In this document: positions 56,010-64,000 of the stretch, piece by piece
How positions within the stretch are numbered: the first letter of the stretch is position 1
Layout of the letters: the number at the start of each line of letters is the position of its first letter
DNA from: Lepidodermella squamata
Taxonomy: Eukaryota > Animalia > Gastrotricha
Reading direction: 5' to 3'
Length of the DNA stretch: 64,000 nucleotides
Assembly: GCA_047495785.1 (NCBI GenBank)
Contig: JBLDXI010000020.1
Location: 3,100,001 to 3,164,000, forward strand
Program-made: the position numbers and the translations under genes
Notes under the pieces: generated by a model
The model's input: the letters and a program-made list of their open reading frames with translations, nothing else
What the model was told of the DNA's origin: nothing
Database searches by the model: none

Positions 56010-56720
56010 GCCGAAATCGCGATTTCTGATACCGATTTCGACACGATCAACGCCGAATTTTTACAGTGGCCGTTGATAGTTTGTACAGAATTTCAAGGGC
56101 TATCTAATGATATAAAATTTACAGAACGGCGATACTGGGTTTCGACTGAAAATTGATTTGTCAGCCAAATTGATTTGTCATCTAGGCCAAAATCGCGATT
56201 TCTGAGGCCGATTTCGACCCGATCGTTGCCGAATTTGTACAGCGGCTGTTGGCAGCTTGTACAGAAGTTCAAGGGCTATCTAATGATATAAAAATTATAG
56301 AGTGACGATACTTGATTCGCCTTGAAATTGCGATCAAAATCAGTTGATTTAGCATGCCAGCAATGCCAAAAAAGATATTTCTAGAGCCGATTTGTACCAT
56401 ATCGACGCTGAATTTTTACAGCGGCCGTTGTTAGTTTATATAGAATTTCAAGGGCTATCTAAAGGTATAAAATTCATGGAACGGTGATACTGGTTTCCGG
56501 CTAAAATAGCGATCTAAGTCGGTCAAATTGGCGTTCCGCCACAGCCAAAATCGTGATTTCCGAAGCCGATTTCGACATAATCGGCGGCGTTCTTGTTCAG
56601 CGGGCGCTGTTAGTTTGTACAGAATTTCAAGGGCTATCTAGTGATATAAAATTTATAGAACGGTGATACTGGGTTCGCCTGGAAATTGCAAGAAAAGTCG
56701 GTCAAATTGGTGTGCTAAAT
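56010..56720. repeat. Degenerate ~178-bp tandem repeat, 4 copies
   Basis: caagggctatcta..gatataaaatt anchors near 56095, 56270, 56449 and 56628. Confidence 0.8.
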
Positions 56721-57153
56721 CTAAACGCCATTTTTAATTTTTTATTGCCTGATTCCCAGAGATGTTGACTCTGTCTGCTTTGAACTATTGCCTAGCACGC
56801 GCTCAAGACTTCGTCAAATTTTTTAATTGTTTCCGTTCATTCTCAGGACGGTACTGGATACATTTGAAGATTTACCATTGCGCTCAAAAGTGCAACTTGG
56901 GCGTGGACCCGTAGGCTGTAGGTGCTCATAGATAAATTCACTGAAGTTTAGTGCTTTCCGACCGAGTGTAGTATCTTTGGAGATTTACCATGAATACGGT
57001 GTCCAAATGCATTGAGCTCTATGGTAGTGCTCTATGGAGCTCCATGGATTCTACGGAAAAAACTCACAGTGAATGCAAGTGCGGTAATTTTTAAGGAGGC
57101 TGAAAGCATTCGCTATTATAATTTCAGCATTTCACATTTCACATTTCACTAAG

Positions 57154-57718
57154 ATGAATAGCTCTCTCTGCGTGTCATTGCTTTTAATAATGGCCATCGC
57201 ATCAACCATTGCGATCAGCTGCTACGATAACCAAAAGGACAGCACATCACCACCCTCGGTTTTTGTTGGATGTCGTGCATGTTATGTAATTTTAGCCATT
57301 ATTTCAAATCAAACCAAGTCTATAAATGAATTTTTTATAGCTTCTAGCCTACAGCGCTCAACGTGGGTCAATGACCTACAACCATTCTTGCATCAGAAAT
57401 GCAGAAGTACCATGCAATACTCAAACCTCGGCTGCAGCATATTCCGGAACAGTTACCACGTCCTGTGTATGCTGTAGTGATTGGTGCAATTATAAGGCCT
57501 CTCCGTGCTATTTTACCGTAGACTCCCCTGTTATGCTCTACCTTAATACCAGCGGAGCATGGCAGGGGGCATTCGGCTCTAATACCGCAAATTCATATGA
57601 CGTATCAACTTCGGCCACCATAATCTCATCTACGAAGCGTAATTTCTCCCCTTTACCCTCCTCGAGTCATAATATTCTGATCCTAGGACTTGGTTTGGCC
57701 TTCACGTCTGGCCTATAA
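57154..57718 (+). CDS. Secreted/GPI-type Ly6-uPAR (three-finger, Quiver-like) protein, ~169 aa, 2 exons
   Basis: Exons 57154-57285 and 57341-57718 join in frame. Signal peptide, ISCY...C..CY...C...C...CVCCSDWCN, S/T-rich stalk, hydrophobic C-terminus. AATAAA near 57789. Confidence 0.72.
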
Positions 57719-57920
57719 AAAAATTCAGGCCAATGAATACCGCCACATGCCTTATTGAAAAAAAATGTACACTTAAATATTACTTTGAATAAACGAAAAA
57801 ACGTTTTAAGCCACTGCGGATTTTTTAATGTCGCAATGAATAGACATTCTCTGTAAGAAGGTTCAATGAGTTATTTTTGCCTTTCACAATGCCGAGTGCC
57901 AAATGATGAAAATCCATTGA

Positions 57921-58205
57921 GCAGGACGTCCTATCCGGAGTAAATTTCATTTCTAGGTGGTGTTCTGAAAACCACCCCTTTTCAGGCTGTTCTCAAAATT
58001 TTAAGATCGGAAAATTCGGACGACCGCTGAAACTCAATTTAATTTGAGCTGGATATGTCTAGGCGGCGATTTTGACTCTTTGGTGATGATTTTTGCATTT
58101 CGCATAGCCCATGCGAAAAGCCGAAGATTTGCCGCGGAGAATATGATAAAAGATGAAAATTTTATTTTGAGGTGGCTGGCCCAGCTTCGGCCGATTCCTA
58201 CTGCT
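57921..58205 (-). repeat. Right TIR of the Polinton
   Basis: Reverse complement of 33773-34057. Confidence 0.93.
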
Positions 58206-59180
58206 TTCATGTCATTCAATTGTTACCCCGATTAATTTTTACAACAAACCTATCGAAACTTCGAAACTTAACTTAAATTATATTATCCAACCTTCATGTT
58301 TTGTTATTTGCGTTCTCGTCATCAGTGTCATCGATTCTCCCAATTCATGTCATTCAGTTGTTACCCCGATTAATTTTTACAACAACCTCTCGAAACTTCG
58401 AAACTTTAGCTCAAACCTTCTTGTTTTGTTCTTTTTGCGTTCTCGTCATCAGTGACATGGATTCTACCAATTCATGTCATTCAATTGTTACCCTGATTGT
58501 TTTTTTACAACAAACTCTCGAAACTTCGAAACTTCAAAACATGGTCGTGGGTTCGAACCAGATTTCTCCTTTTTCTACTCATCAATTTGTTCTTTAACCT
58601 TCACGCATTCGTTGTTGGCGTTTTCGTCATCAGCTACATCGATTCTACCAATTCATGTCATTCAATAGTTCTTTTGTTTGTTTTTCACAACAAAGTCTCA
58701 CTTCAAAACATGGTCGTGGTTTCGAATCCGATCTCTGGTCGTTCCGCTCTCAAATTTTATTCTTCAACCTTCCTGTTTTGTTATGTGCGTACTCGTCATC
58801 AGTGACATTGATTCTCCCAATTCATGTCATTCAGTTGTTACCCCGATTAATTTTTACAACAACCTCTCGAAACTTCGAAACTTTAGCTCAAACCTTCTTG
58901 TTTTGTTCTTTTTGCGTTCTCGTCATCAGTGACATGGATTCTACCAATTCATGTCATTCAATTGTTACCCTGATTGTTTTTTTACAACAAACTCTCGAAA
59001 CTTCGAAACTTCAAAACATGGTCGTGGGTTCGAACCAGATCTCTCCTTTTTCTACTCATCAATTTGTTCTTCAACCTGCACGCATTCGTTGTTGGCGTTT
59101 TCGTCATCAGCTACATCGATTCTACCAATTCATGTCATTCAATTGTTAACTCGATTTTACAACATCTTCTCGAAATTTTA
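58206..59180. repeat. Degenerate satellite (continuation of the Polinton target), with a 477-bp-offset internal duplication
   Basis: ORFs 58474 and 58951 are near-identical; the region matches 24440-24780. Confidence 0.8.
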
Positions 59181-59350
59181 TGAAAGCGAATAAATGTTCA
59201 ACTACTCTTTAACGTGCATTCTTCTCTAAATATTTCCAAGCCATTCAAAAATACGTTGGACGGTTCCTGAGCGAACCCGAAATTACTACTTATCTATAAA
59301 CACCTAATCAGGAGAACATTCAAATTTACAATTCAATTTCATGTTTCATC

Positions 59351-59969
59351 AACATTGGGGTGAGGGGGAAGCACCGTCCCCTCCAACGACGTGGAGGGGA
59401 TCTCGTAGGGGTGGTTCGAGTCCGTACCCATTACCCAGGAGAGTAGAGAAAAAGAAAGAAAAGGCTAGCGCAGCGTAAGCCTTGTCGAACTCTCCTGGAT
59501 GGGGGCGCGACTCTGGGAGTTCCGAAGGAACGCCAGTTCCTTTACACGTGTTTTACACATACGCCGTAGATTACCACGAACGAAGTGAGATTTCATCCCA
59601 ACAGGGGGGCCCGAGAACGCGTTGGTTAACAGGACATTCTCCGATGAAGCCGCCCGATTTATGGTAGTATCCTGGACCCCTCAGGACCTCCCAGAAACTT
59701 TTTCAGCTCTAACGGACCTTCCGTTGATTTTCTAGAAATTAGGACGGTTTTTTCCTATTTTACCGTATTTTTTGGTCACGTGACCCGGAATGGGTAGTAT
59801 ATGAGGGGACAGTAGGAGGATATGATAAGGACACCAAAAAACTAACCACGCTAACCAGAGTATCCAAGCCAGCTGACAGGCTGGCCCCTCGCCCCTGGGG
59901 GAGAGGGGCCTACAATAAATCAACAATGCTAGCTGGCGACCAAAGAGCAAACGACGAAAAGGCAATATA
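59351..59969 (+). repeat. Module M copy 5 (5' part like copy 3, 3' part like copy 1)
   Basis: gaagcacc/tctcgtagggg alleles of copy 3, then identical to copy 1 downstream (offset 51860). Confidence 0.9.
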
Positions 59970-60324
59970 CGTATAAGTCAAGGTCAATTGAACAATTCTG
60001 CGGCGAATAAATTGTGCATTTTCCATATACAACAATAGGTTTACATGTAATCGACAACGGAGAATCCGAATATGACGTTCATTTTGTTATGAAGCAATTA
60101 TAACCCAATGATAGCCCCTCCAACTAATTTTTCTGTTCACTGCTATGGAGTTGGCATGGTTATATTTTTTATTAAATAACATAATGCAGTTCAAGTTTCA
60201 GGGCTCGAAGTTTTAAAGCACATTTTTAAGTGAGCGGTTCAATAACGCACTGTCTTATTTCCATATTCATATGCATGCGCAGAAACAAAAAAAAATAATA
60301 ATAACAATAAAAAATTAAAAGAAA

Positions 60325-60403
60325 ATGTGTCGCGGCCGGGACTCGAACCCTCCATTAACTGCATTTCACAACGTTACACTGAAACCACTCGGCCACAACA
60401 CAT
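60325..60403 (-). other. tRNA-like element, second copy
   Basis: Identical to 8465-8543. Confidence 0.5.
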
Positions 60404-61134
60404 CTGACATATCCATCGCAAATTAAATTTCAATTAAATATTCAACGAAATTATCAAAACAGTTTCCAGCGCCTTCCGGGAATCGGACGCGTCTCTATAT
60501 AATTTATTCACTATATAATTCGCTACGCAGTGGTTCGGAAGGCAGTGGTTCGATTGCTGCTCACATCACATTTTTCCTTCTCATTTTTTCTTCTTAAAAT
60601 CAGATTTATTTCTGTTTAATTTTTTTGCAGAGTGAGCAATAAAAAATAAACGTTTACCATTCACGTGAATCTTCATGAGTACAAAGTGCATGCCTGTCAT
60701 ATGGCCGACACGCGATTCAGCATCAGCTGTTTCACGGCGCAGCGGCGGCAACAGCAAGCAGACGGTTCGATCCGGTATTCAACCATCATTCACAACGATT
60801 TATTTCTCTTCAAAACAACCTCTATTTCCCTAATCATTAGAATTACTTATGCTGCCAGCTCCTATCAATCTATCTTCCGCTCGAATCGATAACATTGTGA
60901 CAATGTTGCTCTCTCAGGTTTGCTAGTATATTATTCCCAGTTCATATCACCATTCCCACTATAATTACAGCTACTGGATGAAATGGCGATTTCAACACTG
61001 TTGTCCACTTTGGTTTTCCATGGTCACTACTCCCTACCAGAAAGCGGTGAGTACATTATTTTCCTCATTCATTTTTTTTACTATTGTAAAATTTATTGAT
61101 TTTTTCATTCATTAACACGTTTTTTTTGCTCCCC

Positions 61135-63257
61135 AATATTTTCTTTCGTCGTTATGCTCCCGTATTCGACGTTTTCGCCATCAGCAACGTCGATTCCACT
61201 AATTCATGTCATTTAATTTTACCCTGATTTACTTTTTTCAAGAATTTTTTCAAACTTTGAAATTCCAAACCAAGGTCGTAGGTTGGTGCCCGACCTCTCA
61301 TTTTTTCGCCCTCAAATATTTTCTTTCATCGATATGCTCCCGTTCTCGACGTTTTCGCCATCAGCAACGTCGATTCCACTAATTCATGTCAATTAATTTT
61401 ACCCTGATTTACTTTTTTCAAGAATTTTTTCAAACTTTGAAATTCCAAACCAAGGTCGTAGGTTGGTGCCCGACCTCTCATTTTTTCGCCCTCAAATATT
61501 TTCTTTCATCGATATGCTCCCGTTCTCGACGTTTTCGCCATCAGCAACGTCGATTCCACTAATTCATGTCAATTAATTTTACCCTGATTTACTTTTTTCA
61601 AGAATTTTTTCAAACTTTGAAATTCCAAACCAAGGTCGTAGGTTGGTGCCCGACCTCTCATTTTTTCGCCCTCAAATATTTTCTTTCATCGATATGCTCC
61701 CGTTCTCGACGTTTTCGCCATCAGCAACGTCGATTCCACTAATTCATGTCAATTAATTTTACCCTGATTTACTTTTTTCAAGAATTTTTTCAAACTTTGA
61801 AATTCCAAACCAAGGTCGTAGGTTGGTGCCCGACCTCTCATTTTTTCGCCCTCAAATATTTTCTTTCATCGATATGCTCCCGTTCTCGACGTTTTCGCCA
61901 TCAGCAACGTCGATTCCACTAATTCATGTCAATTAATTTTACCCTGATTTACTTTTTTCAAGAATTTTTTCAAACTTTGAAATTCCAAACCAAGGTCGTA
62001 GGTTGGTGCCCGACCTCTCATTTTTTCGCCCTCAAATATTTTCTTTCATCGATATGCTCCCGTTCTCGACGTTTTCGCCATCAGCAACGTCGATTCCACT
62101 AATTCATGTCAATTAATTTTACCCTGATTTACTTTTTTCAAGAATTTTTTCTAACTTTGAAATTCCAAACCAAGGTCGTAGGTTGGTGCCCGACCTCTCA
62201 TTTTTTCGCCCTCAAATATTTTCTTTCATCGATATGCTCCCGTTCTCGACGTTTTCGCCATCAGCAACGTCGATTCCACTAATTCATGTCAATTAATTTT
62301 ACCCTGATTTACTTTTTTCAAGAATTTTTTCAAACTTTGAAATTCCAAACCAAGGTCGTAGGTTGGTGCCCGACCTCTCATTTTTTCGCCCTCAAATATT
62401 TTCTTTCATCGATATGCTCCCGTTCTCGACGTTTTCGCCATCAGCAACGTCGATTCCACTAATTCATGTCAATTAATTTTACCCTGATTAACTTTTTTCA
62501 AGAATTTTTTCAAACTTTGAAATCCCAAACCAAGGTCGTAGGTTGGTGCCCGACCTCTCATTTTTTCGCCCTCAAATATTTTCTTTCATCGATATGCTCC
62601 CGTTCTCGACGTTTTCGCCATCAGCAACGTCGATTCCACTAATTCATGTCAATTAATTTTACCCTGATTTACTTTTTTCAAGAATTTTTTCAAACTTTGA
62701 AATTCCAAACCAAGGTCGTAGGTTGGTGCCCGACCTCTCATTTTTTCGCCCTCAAATATTTTCTTTCATCGATATGCTCCCGTTCTCGACGTTTTCGCCA
62801 TCAGCAACGTCGATTCCACTAATTCATGTAAATTAATTCTACCCTGATTTACTTTTTTCAAGAATTTTTTCAAACTTTGAAATCCCAAACCAAGGTCGTA
62901 GGTTGGTGCCCGACCTCTCATTTTTTCGCCCTCAAATATTTTCTTTCATCGATATGCTCCCGTTCTCGACGTTTTCGCCATCAGCAACGTCGATTCCACT
63001 AATTCATGTCAATTAATTTTACCCTGATTTACTTTTTTCAAGAATTTTTTCAAACTTTGAAATCCCAAACCAAGGTCGTAGGTTGGTGCCCGACCTCTCA
63101 TTTTTTCGCCCTCAAATATTTTCTTTCATCGATATGCTCCCGTTCTCGAAGTTTTCGCCATCAGCAACGTCGATTCCACTAATTCATGTCAATTAATTTT
63201 ACCCTGATTTACTTTTTTCAAGAATTTTTTCAAACTTTGAAATTCCAAACGAAGGTC
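61135..63257. repeat. 180-bp tandem satellite, ~11.8 units
   Basis: Same unit as 9275-11217 with one extra copy. Confidence 0.97.
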
Positions 63258-63957
63258 ATTTTTTTGAATTTTAGAATTTCGGAAATTTATATTAGCATTT
63301 CATTTTTTTTTATTTTTTCTCTTTTTTACCAGTTTGCGAATCGAATGACCGATGTTGCACATGCTGTAATCAAATGGCTGAAAACGATTTCAAGACGAAG
63401 TGATTTGTGATTTTTCAAACGTGCTACTTCATTTGAACGTTGTTTACCAGCTTTGCTGTATGATGCTTTTTAAATTATATTGTTCCAAACCCCATTTTCG
63501 CTGACCCAGGCAGTAATAGGGTAGAGATGCCGTCTCAATGCCCGGCTATGCAGTTAAATAGCCAACCGACGTTGGAATAGTCGGTATAAACTTCCACCGT
63601 CCCGGCTCAGACGGCGAAAACGACCACGTCTTGGTGAGACGGTAAAAAAAACTCCGACAAGGCAAGGTCGGTAAAAAACTTCCAAAATGTCCGCAGGGCT
63701 GAGCGACCAGCGCCCTCACTGTGATTCGTCACAAATACTAAGCTGGAAGGGAACCTATGACGATCTGTCAGGCATCTTCGGATCCGAGGTTTCTCCCCGA
63801 TATTTCAATTATTGATGTGCATTGGTAATTTCAATAAAATATGTTTTTCATTTCAATATATTTTTTTTAATTGATGTTCTTCATTCCATTCGCATATGGT
63901 GTTATTTTTTATTTATCTAGTTTTATGATGACAATTTTGTGATTATGAACTGGAATC

Positions 63958-64000
63958 ATGGTGAAACCGCCTAATTGGAAGCCAAAATCGAAGGGATCGC
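63958..64000 (+). CDS. Start of the Rep-helicase-GIY-YIG gene, copy 3 (MVKPPNWKPKSKGS...)
   Basis: Identical to 11918 onward. Confidence 0.75.
   Translation, partial: MVKPPNWKPKSKGS

Larger units (their letters stand above)
33773..58205. mobile_element. Polinton/Maverick (adintovirus-like endogenous element), 24,433 bp
   Basis: AGCAGTAG...CTACTGCT termini, 285-bp TIRs, 6-bp TSD TTCATG (33767-33772 and 58206-58211). Encodes pPolB, rve integrase, ATPase, protease and capsid-type genes. Confidence 0.95.
59351..64000 (+). mobile_element. Helitron-like unit copy 3 (5' part, runs off the window)
   Basis: Matches 7491-11960 at offset 51860 before the satellite and 52040 after it. Confidence 0.8.

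Noticed and set aside
55782-56156. 124-aa ORF in the Polinton right arm
   Set aside because: Non-ATG start, runs into the ~178-bp repeat, and has no motifs.

Overview
Eukaryotic, probably invertebrate, genomic DNA made almost entirely of nested mobile DNA (short GT-AG introns; a Ly6-type gene). (1) A head-to-tail array of a 14,999-bp rolling-circle (Helitron-like) unit: partial copy 1-7490, complete copy 7491-22489, and a third copy starting at 59351. By hand splicing, the unit encodes one 25-exon protein of about 2,680 aa (11918-22006). Its order is Zn-knuckle repeats, a divergent HUH Rep, a divergent Pif1/SF1B helicase and a C-terminal SLX1/YhbQ-type GIY-YIG nuclease. Every unit starts with the same ~620-bp hairpin-rich module (M), which occurs five times in one orientation and also separates shorter non-coding units (22.5-33.8 kb) filled with B-box-bearing satellite. 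(2) A complete 24.4-kb Polinton/Maverick (adintovirus-like) at 33773-58205, with 285-bp TIRs and a 6-bp TTCATG TSD, inserted into that satellite. It encodes pPolB, a PLA2-integrase-chromodomain fusion, a packaging ATPase, minor and major capsid proteins, a protease, and VLTF3-like, fiber-like and membrane proteins. It also carries spliced cargo genes, including a Ly6/three-finger GPI-type gene, and a 3.1-kb internal accordion that amplifies the PLA2 domain. A TCTA motif sits 16-18 nt before most virion-module start codons. All family assignments come from motif recognition by eye; no database searches were run.
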